Source: Minisyncoccia bacterium
Lineage (GTDB): Bacteria; Patescibacteriota; Minisyncoccia; UBA6257; JAAZHW01
NCBI GenBank assembly: GCA_049720475.1
Contig: JBNASH010000036.1
Location: 65,339 to 129,338, forward strand
DNA length: 64,000 bases
Reading direction: 5' to 3'
Below are positions 31,380-41,372 of the stretch, piece by piece (position 1 is the stretch's first letter; each line of letters starts with the position of its first letter). Made by a program: the position numbers and the translations under genes. Below the pieces are notes generated by a model. It saw only the letters and a program-made list of their open reading frames with translations, was not told the origin of the DNA and made no database searches.

Positions 31380-32417
31380 ATGAAAAAATTAAGAGTTGCT
31401 ATAAATGGTTTTGGCCGCATCGGTCGAGTTTTCTTTAGACAAGCCCTTGAAAATCCAAACGTTGAAATTGTGGCCATTAATGATTTGGCTGATGTTAACA
31501 CACTAGCCTATCTTTTAAAATACGATTCTGTCTACGGTATTTATAATAAAAAAATTGAAACCGAAATTAATGATCAACAAAAATTAATCGTTGATAATAA
31601 GCCAATTTTATTTTTTCAGAAAAAAGAACCACTTGAATTGCCATGGAAGGATTTAGATATTGATGTAGTCATTGAATCAACAGGCGTTTTTGAAAGTTTT
31701 GAAAAAGCCAGCGTTCATTTAAAGGCTGGCGCTAAAAGAGTTATTATTACCGCACCAGCAAAAGATGATGATGGAAGTTTAGCAAAAGGAGCAACAATAA
31801 TCTGCGGTATAAATGATGATCTTATTTCTCGGGTGAAAATTACCTCTAATGGTTCTTGTACGACAAATGCGATTGCTCCGGCTTTGGCAATTTTAATTAA
31901 AACTGTGGGTGTTAAAAAAGCAATTCTTAATACCACTCATGCTTACACAGCTACCCAACGCATTGTTGATGGGCCAGATGCTAAAGATTTAAGAAGGGGT
32001 CGTGCGGGCGCGATTAATTTGGTACCCTCAACGACTGGCGCGGCAATTGCCGTCGGAAAGGTTATTAAAGAATTAGATGGAATCTTTGATGGAATTTCTA
32101 TTCGAACTCCGGTACCGACTGTTTCTTTAGCTGATATTACTTTTTTAGCCAGTCGTCAAACTTCAGTTGAAGAAATTAATCAGATTTTTGTTGAAGCATC
32201 AAAGAGTCCTCAATGGCAAAAAATTTTTACGGTTGTTTCAGATCCCGTGGTTTCTACTGATTTAATTGGTAATCCCCATGCGAGTATTGCTGATTTGTCA
32301 TTTATTAAAGTAATAGATGGGGATTTGGTAAAAGTTTTAGTTTGGTATGATAATGAATGGGGTTATGCAGCTTCTTTATTAAATCATCTACTGAAAATCG
32401 CCCAGATAAAAGAATAG
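31380..32417 (+). CDS. gap: glyceraldehyde-3-phosphate dehydrogenase
   Basis: RVAINGFGRIGR; active site SNGSCTTNAIAP; WYDNEWGY. Confidence 0.9.
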   Translation: MKKLRVAINGFGRIGRVFFRQALENPNVEIVAINDLADVNTLAYLLKYDSVYGIYNKKIETEINDQQKLIVDNKPILFFQKKEPLELPWKDLDIDVVIESTGVFESFEKASVHLKAGAKRVIITAPAKDDDGSLAKGATIICGINDDLISRVKITSNGSCTTNAIAPALAILIKTVGVKKAILNTTHAYTATQRIVDGPDAKDLRRGRAGAINLVPSTTGAAIAVGKVIKELDGIFDGISIRTPVPTVSLADITFLASRQTSVEEINQIFVEASKSPQWQKIFTVVSDPVVSTDLIGNPHASIADLSFIKVIDGDLVKVLVWYDNEWGYAASLLNHLLKIAQIKE

Positions 32418-32425
32418 ATATAGTT

Positions 32426-34066
32426 ATGGGGAAAACGCTTCAAGAGTTTTTTAAAAAAAGATGGGAATTAATTATTCTCATTGCTTTTTTTGGTTTATTA
32501 TTTTTACAACTTTTTTCCTCTCATATTCTTTTACCAGCAAATAATGGTTTATATTCTTCTGGTTCAACATGGGGGGATCTGCCTTTTCATCTGACATTAA
32601 TCAATAGTTTTAAAGAGAGGGGATTGTTTACCACTCTTAACCAATTTCCTCTTTATTTTGGCGAAAAGACTCGTTATCCTTTTGTTTTTGATTATCTTTC
32701 AGCAATCCTTTTGAAATTAGGATTGAATTTAAGGTGGTCAATAATTATTCCATCAATTTTAGTTTTAATTGCTTTAATTATTTGTCTTTATTATCTTGCT
32801 TTAAAAATCAGCAAAAGGCGTTTAGTGGCTTTTTTCACTCCTTTTTTATTTATTTTTAATGGGTCTGTTTTTGCTCTTTATTATTTTTGGAAAGACTTCA
32901 AAAAAACAAGCTTTCCATTATTTAAATTTTTAAATAGCTTACCTATTCAATATACTCATCTTTCCGAAAAAGGAATTGAATTTTCTAATTTAGTAGCTGA
33001 TTTTCTTTTGCCGCAGCGAACCATCCTTTTGGGTTTGGTTTTTGCTTGTTTGTCTTTAATATTTCTTTGGAATTACTGGGAAACCAATGATAGAAAAAAA
33101 TTATTAAAGTCAGCTATTGTGATTGGCTTAATGCCTCTCATTCATACGCATTTATTTTTGTCTTTAATTTTGTTCTCATTCTTTCTTTTTTTCATCCAAT
33201 GGATCTATTTTAAAAAATTTTCCATAAAAGAATGGTTTTTGTGGGGGGTAATTGTTTTGGTATTGGCGATTGGTCCTGTGTTATGGCTTTTTCCCTTTAA
33301 TAATAAAAGTTTTTTTAGAGTCCAGTTGGGTTGGATGGCTAACGGAGAATTTTTTTGGTGGTTTTGGTTGAAAAATTTGGGTTTGTATTTGATTTTGTTG
33401 ATTTTTGGCTTCTCTATAATTAAAAAATATCCTCATTGGAATAAAATCGTTACTTTTTATTTGCCGGCTTTTTTGATTTGGATAATTTGCAACATTTTTA
33501 TTTTTCAACCTTGGGAATTTGATAATATGAAAGTTTTTATTTTTTGGTTTTTGCTTTCAACAATTATTATTGCTTGTTATTTTGATTATCTTTTAAGAAG
33601 AAGGGTTGTTTCTAAAGTATTGGCTGTATTTTTATTTTTACTAATTATTTTACCGGGTTTTTTGGCTGTTTTCCGCGAATTAAAAACTTCCTATGTTTTG
33701 TATACAAACTCTGATTTAGAATTGGCTAATTTTGTTACAAAAAACACCAAAACTTCAGATCTTTTTCTTACTACTGATAAACATAATAATCCCATTTCTT
33801 CTTTGGCTGGCCGACAAATATTAATGGGATATCGTGGCTGGCTGTGGTCTCATGGCATTGATTATAATGAACGCTTTAAGGATTTACTTAATATTTATAA
33901 TGGCTCTGATATTGCCTATCAATTAATAAGCAAATATGCCCCAAATTATATTTTGGTGGAAAAAAAGACAGATTCTCAGTGGTTAATCAATTATAATTAT
34001 TTTAAAAACCATTTTCGGCCAGTTTTTGAAAATTCGGCTTACATCTTATATAAAATAGAAAATTGA
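32426..34066 (+). CDS. polytopic membrane protein, probably a GT-C fold glycosyltransferase (ArnT/PMT-like)
   Basis: About 12 TM helices, a short periplasmic loop (FTTLNQFPLYFG), and an aromatic-rich C-terminal soluble domain. The function call rests on topology only. Confidence 0.35.
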   Translation: MGKTLQEFFKKRWELIILIAFFGLLFLQLFSSHILLPANNGLYSSGSTWGDLPFHLTLINSFKERGLFTTLNQFPLYFGEKTRYPFVFDYLSAILLKLGLNLRWSIIIPSILVLIALIICLYYLALKISKRRLVAFFTPFLFIFNGSVFALYYFWKDFKKTSFPLFKFLNSLPIQYTHLSEKGIEFSNLVADFLLPQRTILLGLVFACLSLIFLWNYWETNDRKKLLKSAIVIGLMPLIHTHLFLSLILFSFFLFFIQWIYFKKFSIKEWFLWGVIVLVLAIGPVLWLFPFNNKSFFRVQLGWMANGEFFWWFWLKNLGLYLILLIFGFSIIKKYPHWNKIVTFYLPAFLIWIICNIFIFQPWEFDNMKVFIFWFLLSTIIIACYFDYLLRRRVVSKVLAVFLFLLIILPGFLAVFRELKTSYVLYTNSDLELANFVTKNTKTSDLFLTTDKHNNPISSLAGRQILMGYRGWLWSHGIDYNERFKDLLNIYNGSDIAYQLISKYAPNYILVEKKTDSQWLINYNYFKNHFRPVFENSAYILYKIEN

Positions 34067-34080
34067 GTTATAATAATATT

Positions 34081-34539
34081 ATGATTTATTTGGGCGCTGA
34101 CCACGGCGGATACAAATTTAAAGAGAAAATAAAGGATTTTCTAAAAAAGAATGAAATCGAATTTGAAGATTTGGGCAATTTAGAATTCGATCCCCAAGAT
34201 GATTTTCCAATCTTTGCTTTTAAAGTAGCGGAAAAGGTTTCGCAGGATAGTAATTCAAAAGGAATTTTAATTTGTACCAATGGTATAGGAATGTCGATTG
34301 CCGCTAATAAAATTAAAGGAATTAGAGCGGCGCTAGTCACCACTAAAAAATCCGCTCAACAATCCCGCGAACATTTAGATGCTAACATTTTATGTTTAGG
34401 AGCGCACACAATTTCATTTTTAAACGCAAAAAAAATTATTCGGACCTGGCTCAATACCGAATTTTCTCAAAAAGAAAAATACATTCGTCGTTTAAAACAA
34501 ATTGAGGAAAAAGAAAATGCAATTAATCCCAACAATTAA
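34081..34539 (+). CDS. rpiB: ribose-5-phosphate isomerase B
   Basis: MIYLGADHGGYKFKE, ILICTNGIGMSIAANK. Confidence 0.85.
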   Translation: MIYLGADHGGYKFKEKIKDFLKKNEIEFEDLGNLEFDPQDDFPIFAFKVAEKVSQDSNSKGILICTNGIGMSIAANKIKGIRAALVTTKKSAQQSREHLDANILCLGAHTISFLNAKKIIRTWLNTEFSQKEKYIRRLKQIEEKENAINPNN

Positions 34540-35155
34540 TGAACAAAATTTTGAGGCAATAAAGGAAAAAATAAAGATAGTGGAAAATTTGGTTGATATG
34601 ATTCAACTGGATATTGCCGATGGGAAATTTACTTCTTATAAAACCTGGGACAATCCGGAAGATTTACTAAGTTTGAATAGTTTTGTTAAATTTGAAATTC
34701 ATTTAATGATTGAAAAACCGGAAGAAACTATTGAACGATGGCTAAAAATACCTTCGATTAAACGTATTATTGTTCATGTGGAAACTATTAACGAAAAAGT
34801 TTTTGCTAAAATTTATACTTTAACTAACCAATATCAAAAAGAATTGGGTTTGGCTCTTGAAAGTAAAACACCGTGGGAAGCGCTGAATCCCTATTTACCA
34901 AGCATAAATTTTGTTCAAATTTTGGCTGTCTCTACTGGTCCGGCCGGTCAAACTTTTGAGTTTCATAATCTGGAAAAAATAAAAATTTTGAAAAATCAAT
35001 ATCCTAATTTAATTATTGAGGTGGATGGGGGAGTAAATAACGATACAGCACCTTTAATCAAAGCAGCTGGCGCTGATATTATTTGCTCTTCTTCATATCT
35101 TTTTTCGGATATTAACAAGGTCGAAGAAAAAATAAAATTTTTAGAAAATATTTAA
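34516..35155 (+). CDS. rpe: ribulose-phosphate 3-epimerase family protein
   Basis: IQLDIADGKF, HLMIE, VDGGVN...AGADII.SSSYLF; overlaps the rpiB 3' end. Confidence 0.6.
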
Positions 35156-35156
35156 T

Positions 35157-36017
35157 ATGCTTTTAACTGATAAAAAATTAAAAGAATTAAATGAAATTGC
35201 AATGCAATTACGTTGCGATGTTATTGAAATGCTTTTGGAAGCCAAATCGGGTCATTCAGCTGGAACGTTGGGAATGGCCGATGTTTTTGCTGCATTGTAT
35301 TTTAGCGGCATTTTAAACGTTGATCCTAAAAATCCTAATTGGGAAGATAGGGATCGCGTTATTTTATCCAATGGTCATATTTGTCCGGTTCATTATGCTG
35401 CTTTGGCGCGCGCAGGTTTTTTTCCTGTTGAAGAATTAAAAACATTAAGAAAATTCGGCTCTCGTTTACAAGGACATCCCCATGTTGGTACAACGCCAGG
35501 TGTGGATAATAGTTCTGGTCCTTTAGCCCAAGGTGCTTCGATTGCGGTTGGATTAGCTTATGCGGCAAAAATGGATAAAAAGAAATGGCAAGTTTATTGC
35601 ATTGCTGGCGATGGTGAACAACAAGAAGGCCAAACATGGGAAGCAGTAATGTTTGCCGGAAAACACAAACTTGATAATTTAACATTTTTAATGGATCGCA
35701 ACAACATTCAAATCGATGGTTTCACTGAAGATGTAATGCCTTTGGAACCATTGAAAGCAAAATACGAAGCATTCAATTGGAAAGTATTAGAGGTTGATGG
35801 TCATAATATTGAAGAAATAGTTAATGCCCTAGAACACGCCAAATCAATTTATGAAAAACCAGTGATGATTATTTGTCACACGATTCCTGGAAAAGGAGTT
35901 GATTTTATGGAATGGAAACCGGAATGGCATGGAAAAGCACCCAATCCAGAAGAAGCAGCCAAAGCCTTAAAGGAGCTGCGAACTTTACAAGGTCGAATTA
36001 TGAGCGAAGCGGATTAA
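35157..36017 (+). CDS. transketolase, N-terminal (TPP-binding) subunit
   Basis: GHSAGTLGMADVFAALYF, GHPH, and GDGEQQEG (the GDG motif). Confidence 0.85.
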   Translation: MLLTDKKLKELNEIAMQLRCDVIEMLLEAKSGHSAGTLGMADVFAALYFSGILNVDPKNPNWEDRDRVILSNGHICPVHYAALARAGFFPVEELKTLRKFGSRLQGHPHVGTTPGVDNSSGPLAQGASIAVGLAYAAKMDKKKWQVYCIAGDGEQQEGQTWEAVMFAGKHKLDNLTFLMDRNNIQIDGFTEDVMPLEPLKAKYEAFNWKVLEVDGHNIEEIVNALEHAKSIYEKPVMIICHTIPGKGVDFMEWKPEWHGKAPNPEEAAKALKELRTLQGRIMSEAD

Positions 36018-36021
36018 AAAT

Positions 36022-37011
36022 ATGATTAATCCAGATGCAAAACTTAATCCAAAATTATTAGATCCCGATGTCGAACAAAAACCAACGCGTGATGGTTATG
36101 GTGAAGGTTTAATTTTAGCCGGCAAAGAAAATCCCAATGTTGTAGTTTTATGCGCTGATCTTTCTGATTCAACGCGCTCTGCAATGTTTCAAAAAGAATT
36201 TCCTGAGCGCTTTATTGAAACAGGCATTGCTGAACAAAATATGATGGGATTGGCTGCTGGTTTAGCCTTGGCGGGTAAAATACCATTTGTTTCAACTTAC
36301 GCTGTTTTTTGCCCTGGCCGCAATTGGGATCAATTGCGAGTTAGTGTTTGTTATTCCAATGCCAATGTTAAACTGACGGGGGCGCATGCCGGCGTCTCTG
36401 TTGGACCCGACGGTGCCACTCATCAAGGCTTAGAAGATATTGCGATTACACGCTGCATTCCTAATCTAGTAGTAATTGCTCCTTGTGATGTGATTGAAAC
36501 TCGAAAAGCAACTTTAGCAGCTGCTCGGTATAAAGGACCTGTTTATTTGAGATTTGCTCGAGAAAAAACACCAATTATCACTACCGAAGAAACTCCTTTT
36601 GAAATTGGAAAAGCCGTTATTTTCCGAGAAGGAAAAGATGTGGCTATAATTGGTTGCGGTCCTTTAATTTATAATGCCATGCTAGCTGCCGAAGAATTAG
36701 CAAAAGAAGGTATTGATGTTATGGTTGTTAATAACCATACTATTAAACCCATGGATGCGGAAACGATTATTAATGCTGCTAAAACTTGCGGAGCAGTAGT
36801 GACTGTTGAGGACCACCAAATAATGGGAGGAATGGGATCAGCGGTAGCAGAAATCTTAGCTCAAAATTATCCTGTCCCAATTGAATTTATTGGCATGAGA
36901 GATCGATTTGGAGAATCAGGTGAACCAAACGAATTAATTGAAGCTTTTGGAATGGGGAAAAATTCAATTAAAGAAGCGGTGAAAAAAGTATTGCAAAGAA
37001 AAAAACAATAA
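36022..37011 (+). CDS. transketolase, C-terminal (pyrimidine-binding) subunit
   Basis: ETGIAEQNMMGLAAGLA, a split tkt gene pair. Confidence 0.85.
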   Translation: MINPDAKLNPKLLDPDVEQKPTRDGYGEGLILAGKENPNVVVLCADLSDSTRSAMFQKEFPERFIETGIAEQNMMGLAAGLALAGKIPFVSTYAVFCPGRNWDQLRVSVCYSNANVKLTGAHAGVSVGPDGATHQGLEDIAITRCIPNLVVIAPCDVIETRKATLAAARYKGPVYLRFAREKTPIITTEETPFEIGKAVIFREGKDVAIIGCGPLIYNAMLAAEELAKEGIDVMVVNNHTIKPMDAETIINAAKTCGAVVTVEDHQIMGGMGSAVAEILAQNYPVPIEFIGMRDRFGESGEPNELIEAFGMGKNSIKEAVKKVLQRKKQ

Positions 37012-37012
37012 A

Positions 37013-38257
37013 ATGTTTTTTGGATTATCCAAAAGAAGGAATTTTTTAAAAGAGCGAAGGGGTTTTACTTTGATTGAGCTGCTAATTACGGTAGCTGTTA
37101 TTGCGGTTTTAATGACAGTAACCGTCGTAACACTTAATCCAGCCGAATATTTACGAAAAAGTCGAGATGTTAAAAGAATTAGTGATTTAACCAATTTACA
37201 AATAGCCCTGCAATTAGTTGCAGCTGATCCCTCTGTTTCTTTAGGTGTTTGCGATGGCACAAAAATTTATGCTTCTGTTCCCTCAGAAACGCCTTTATCA
37301 AATGATAATTTGCCAAGTGGCGTTTCTTGGGTTCAGGTTTCTCAAAGTAATTTAATGAAAACCGATGGTACGGGATGGATTCCGGTTGATTTAAAAACTT
37401 TTTCTTCAAAAGGATTAGTACTTCCGGCCTTACCAATTGATCCAAAAAATTCTGCCAGCGACTATTTATTTTACACTTACACTTGCAATAGCAATCGGCA
37501 ATTTGTTTTAACTGCTTGGTTTGAATCCCAAGCTTTTGGACCCAAAGGTCAAGACCCTAAATCAAAAAACGATGCTGGCCCTGATCCCTATTTATATGAA
37601 GTCGGTTCCAATTTATTTATTCATCCGTTAAGACCAGCAGCCTATTGGTCCTTTGATGAAGGCAATGGAAATATTGCTTATGATAGGAGTGGTAATGAGA
37701 ATAATGGTACTTTATACAATGGCCCAACATGGGTTGATGGAAAAGTAGGAAAGGCTTTAAGTTTTGATGGAATAGATGATTATGTTTATATACCAGATAG
37801 CAATTCATTAAAAATTACTGGTCCTCTTACAATATCTTTTTTGGCATACCCCACTAATATTAGTAAAGGAAGACAAAATCCTTTTGGAAAGGCTTATGGA
37901 GGGGAGTATGATTTAACAATGGAAACGACAACCGCTCTTAGTTTTTATCAAGGAAGTGCAGGCAATAATAATACTCCTTATGTGGGATGCTATTCTATTA
38001 GTATGTTTAACAATAATAGTTGGACATTTGTGGATCTTACTCGGAATATAACAACAAAAACAATAGCTTATTATAAAAATGGTCAGATTAATCCTTCAAG
38101 TTGTGGAACATGGGTTGATCCAAGTGTGAGTACAAGACGAGTTGGAATAGGCTATGAATATGCTGGTTATTGGCAAGGAATTATAGATGAAGTATTATTA
38201 TATCCTCGTACTCTTTCCGCGGCTGAAATTAATCGCCATTATCAACTGATTAAATAA
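37013..38257 (+). CDS. type IV pilin-like protein (prepilin N-terminal cleavage/methylation domain) with a C-terminal LamG-like lectin domain
   Basis: RGFTLIELLITVAVIAVL class III signal; YWSFDEGNGNIAYDRSGNENNGTL...GKALSFDGIDDYVYIPDS matches LamG (concanavalin-like). Confidence 0.65.
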   Translation: MFFGLSKRRNFLKERRGFTLIELLITVAVIAVLMTVTVVTLNPAEYLRKSRDVKRISDLTNLQIALQLVAADPSVSLGVCDGTKIYASVPSETPLSNDNLPSGVSWVQVSQSNLMKTDGTGWIPVDLKTFSSKGLVLPALPIDPKNSASDYLFYTYTCNSNRQFVLTAWFESQAFGPKGQDPKSKNDAGPDPYLYEVGSNLFIHPLRPAAYWSFDEGNGNIAYDRSGNENNGTLYNGPTWVDGKVGKALSFDGIDDYVYIPDSNSLKITGPLTISFLAYPTNISKGRQNPFGKAYGGEYDLTMETTTALSFYQGSAGNNNTPYVGCYSISMFNNNSWTFVDLTRNITTKTIAYYKNGQINPSSCGTWVDPSVSTRRVGIGYEYAGYWQGIIDEVLLYPRTLSAAEINRHYQLIK

Positions 38258-38333
38258 TTTTTAAAGTCGATAGACATCAAGTATCATTAAAACTTCTTAT
38301 TAAAATATAAAAAAACTGTTATAATAAATTTGT

Positions 38334-39371
38334 ATGTTTGACATAATTTCAATTGGATCAGCAACAAGGGATGGATTTTTTGAAGGAATTCCATTTGTTG
38401 TTGTAAACGATAATAGATTTAAAGTCGGCAAAGGTATTGCTCTGCCTTATGGTGGAAAAGTGAAAGTACCAAAAGTAACTTTTACCACCGGCGGCGGCGG
38501 AACAAATACGGCTGTTACTTTCGCGCGCCAAGGATTTAAAACTGCTTGTATTTGTCGCGTTGGCAAAGATGTTAGTGGAGAAGAAATTATTCGCAATCTA
38601 AAATCCGAGAAAATTAACACTCAATGGGTTCAGATTGATAAAAAAACGCCCACTGCCTATTCGGTAATTTTTTTAACTGAAAGCGGCGAAAGAACCATTT
38701 TGAGTTATAAAGGAGCAGGGGAGAATATTTCAGAAAAAGAAATTCCTTGGCAAAAATTAAAAACACGTTGGCTGTATTTAAATTCTTTAGGCGGCAATTT
38801 AAATTTATTAAAAAAAGCGCTGCAGTTTGCTTATCAACAAAATATTTTTGTCGCTGCCAATCCTGGTAGCGGAGAATTAGAAAATTTAAAACAGCACAAA
38901 GAACTTCTAAAATATTTTGATATTTTTATTGTCAATCAAGAAGAGGCATCTTATTTAACTGACATTCCATATCATCAAGAAGAAAAAGTTTTTCAAAAAT
39001 TAGATGAATTGATCCAAGGCTTAGCAGTAATGACTAAAGGACCAGCTGGTGTTTCTGTTTCTGATGGAAAAAATCTATGGCAAGCAGGGGTTTATCCAGA
39101 GAAAAAAATTGTTGATCGTACTGGCGCCGGCGATGCATTTGCTTCGGGTTTTGTTTCAGTTTTTGCCAGCGAAAAAATTAAAAAAGATAGGTACCGCAGC
39201 ATTTTTAATCCGGAAAAAATTGAGGAAGCAATAAAAAGGGGGAGTGCTAATGGCACTTCGGTTGTGGAATATGTGGGTGCTAAAACTGGCATTTTAACAA
39301 AAGATGGTCTTCAGCAAAAACGTTGGAAAAAATTGCCAATTAAAAGAATTTCTTTGACAAATAATAATTAA
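38334..39371 (+). CDS. PfkB family carbohydrate/nucleoside kinase
   Basis: GGGGTNTAVTFARQG, DRTGAGDAFASGF. Confidence 0.75.
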   Translation: MFDIISIGSATRDGFFEGIPFVVVNDNRFKVGKGIALPYGGKVKVPKVTFTTGGGGTNTAVTFARQGFKTACICRVGKDVSGEEIIRNLKSEKINTQWVQIDKKTPTAYSVIFLTESGERTILSYKGAGENISEKEIPWQKLKTRWLYLNSLGGNLNLLKKALQFAYQQNIFVAANPGSGELENLKQHKELLKYFDIFIVNQEEASYLTDIPYHQEEKVFQKLDELIQGLAVMTKGPAGVSVSDGKNLWQAGVYPEKKIVDRTGAGDAFASGFVSVFASEKIKKDRYRSIFNPEKIEEAIKRGSANGTSVVEYVGAKTGILTKDGLQQKRWKKLPIKRISLTNNN

Positions 39372-39473
39372 TAAGGTAAAATAGAAGAGTTATTAACAAG
39401 GTCGAAAAAATCGTTTTATCTAATTTAGTTATTTTTTTTCATAAATAACGGAAGATCAATAAAACGGAAATAG

Positions 39474-39692
39474 GTGTATCAAGGAAATAATAATGGGGGT
39501 GAAAGACAAATGTTTCATCCCAAAGAAGGAGAGAAATGGGTTTGTGCTGAATGTGGCGCTGAAATTACTGAATTGCCTTTTGATCCTCGACGGGATGAAA
39601 ACGGCAATGTCAGCGGCAATCTATATTGTCGTGAATGCCACAGAAAAAGACAATCCCAATTTCGAAATCGACGTGGTGGAAGACGATTCTAA
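39474..39692 (+). CDS. small zinc-ribbon protein with an Arg-rich tail
   Basis: CAECG...(29)...CRECH; C-terminal RNRRGGRRF; locally GC-rich. The overlapping alternate-frame ORF 39493..39747 was rejected. Confidence 0.45.
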   Translation: MYQGNNNGGERQMFHPKEGEKWVCAECGAEITELPFDPRRDENGNVSGNLYCRECHRKRQSQFRNRRGGRRF

Positions 39693-39711
39693 AAAAATTC
39701 CATCCATTGAT

Positions 39712-39745
39712 AAAACCCCGCTTAAAGCGGGGTTTTATCGTCTTT
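39712..39745 (+). terminator. rho-independent terminator
   Basis: aaaaccccgc-ttaa-agcggggtttt followed by atcgtcttt. Confidence 0.65.
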
Positions 39746-39782
39746 AATAATAGTTGGTTTTGCGTTATAATAAAAAATAAAT

Positions 39783-41363
39783 ATGGTTATTTTGATTAAA
39801 AATGGTACTATCATTGATGGAAGTGGCAAGGCGCCTTTTAAAGGTGATATTTTAATAAAAGACAATAAAATAGTAAACATTGATTTAAATCGCACGATTA
39901 AAGCAAAGGCCGATAAAATTATTGATGCTTCAGGTTTAATTATTACGCCGGGTTTTATCGATATTAATAACGAATCTGATCATTGGTTAACTCTTTTAAC
40001 TCAACCACAATTAGAAAGTTTAATTTTTCAAGGCGTTACTAGTATTGTCATTGGCAATAATGGTTCTTCTTTGGCACCCGTTTTTAAAGATAGTATAAAA
40101 AGCATTAGGAAGTGGTCTAATTTAAATGTTAATCTGAACTGGAATTCAATGGAGGAATTTTTAAATTTTCTCAAGCAACAAAAATTTGGTGTTAATATTG
40201 GCACCCTTGTTGGTCATTCAACTATTAAAAGAGGCATTTTACAAGAAGATTTTAGGGATTTAATTGATTCGGAAATAAAACAAATGTTTTATTTGATTGA
40301 AAAAAGTTTAAATGAAGGTGCTTTGGGAGTTTCAATAGGTCTACGTTTTAATCACTCTCGTTTAACTTCTTTCGCCGAAATTTTTGGAATTAGCCAAATA
40401 ATAAAGAAATACAACGCTTTTCTTAATATCCAACCCCGTTGGGAAAAACATGATATTCTATCTTTTACCAACGAAATTCTTAATTTAATCAAAACAATCG
40501 ACAAGCCAGAAAATTTAAAAATTCTAATTTCTTATCTGCGTCCGTATAAAGAAAACGTAGACGAACTAAAATTATCTTTGGGATTAATAAAGCAAATGTG
40601 CGAACAATATAATGCCAATATTCATTTGGACATCAATCCTTATACAGTTGTTTCTAATCAAATGTATCTTTATTTACCAGAATGGATTTTATATGGCAAT
40701 TTTGAAATGATGCTCGAAGCATTAAATGAAAAGGGCAATTATCAAAGAATTTTGTCCGAATTAAAAACAAAAAATTATAATTACGATAAAATGATAATTG
40801 CTTCTACTCAAAATAACATTTCTTATTTTAATGGCAAAAGCATTCGATTCTTGGCTAAAGAAAGAGGAATATCAGCCGAAGAAATGTTTTTGGAAATTTT
40901 TAAGATAAGCAGGGGAAGGGCAATAATCTTTTATGATGAAATCCTCTGGCCTGAACTTTTAGGCTTGATGGAGTTTCCTTGTAGTATTATTACCTCTCAA
41001 AATCCTGGCTTAAATTTCACCCATTTTAATTTTTTGCCGCATTTTGCTTCCATTAATACTTTCCCGCGTTTTCTTGGATTAGTAAACAAGGGGGTTGTTA
41101 ATATGAATTTGAGCGAAGCAGTTAAAAAAATTACTCTTGAACCAGCACTAAAAGCTGGAATAAAAAAGAGGGGTTTAATAGCTAAAGATTATTTTGCGGA
41201 TCTGGTTATAATTGAGCCAAAAGAAATTGATTATGTTGTTGATTACAAAAAACCAACCCAAAAACCGAAAGGCATAAAAATGGTGATGATTAATGGTCAA
41301 ATAGCCTTGGATAACGATAAAATTATAAATAATACCGCTGGTCAAATTTTAACGAGAGCATGA
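39783..41363 (+). CDS. D-aminoacylase (Amidohydro_3) family homologue lacking the metal-binding HxH motif
   Basis: N-terminus MVILIKNGTIIDGSGKAPFKGDILIKDNKIVNI...IIDASGLIITPGFID fits the N-acyl-D-amino-acid deacylase pattern, but GFIDVHTH reads GFIDINNE. Confidence 0.5.
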   Translation: MVILIKNGTIIDGSGKAPFKGDILIKDNKIVNIDLNRTIKAKADKIIDASGLIITPGFIDINNESDHWLTLLTQPQLESLIFQGVTSIVIGNNGSSLAPVFKDSIKSIRKWSNLNVNLNWNSMEEFLNFLKQQKFGVNIGTLVGHSTIKRGILQEDFRDLIDSEIKQMFYLIEKSLNEGALGVSIGLRFNHSRLTSFAEIFGISQIIKKYNAFLNIQPRWEKHDILSFTNEILNLIKTIDKPENLKILISYLRPYKENVDELKLSLGLIKQMCEQYNANIHLDINPYTVVSNQMYLYLPEWILYGNFEMMLEALNEKGNYQRILSELKTKNYNYDKMIIASTQNNISYFNGKSIRFLAKERGISAEEMFLEIFKISRGRAIIFYDEILWPELLGLMEFPCSIITSQNPGLNFTHFNFLPHFASINTFPRFLGLVNKGVVNMNLSEAVKKITLEPALKAGIKKRGLIAKDYFADLVIIEPKEIDYVVDYKKPTQKPKGIKMVMINGQIALDNDKIINNTAGQILTRA

Positions 41364-41372
41364 TTTTTAACA

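Noticed and set aside
39493-39747. An 84-aa alternate-frame ORF overlapping the small zinc-ribbon gene.
   Set aside because: It runs through the intrinsic terminator hairpin and has no motif. The 39474..39692 frame has a CxxC…CxxC architecture and a sensible stop before the terminator.
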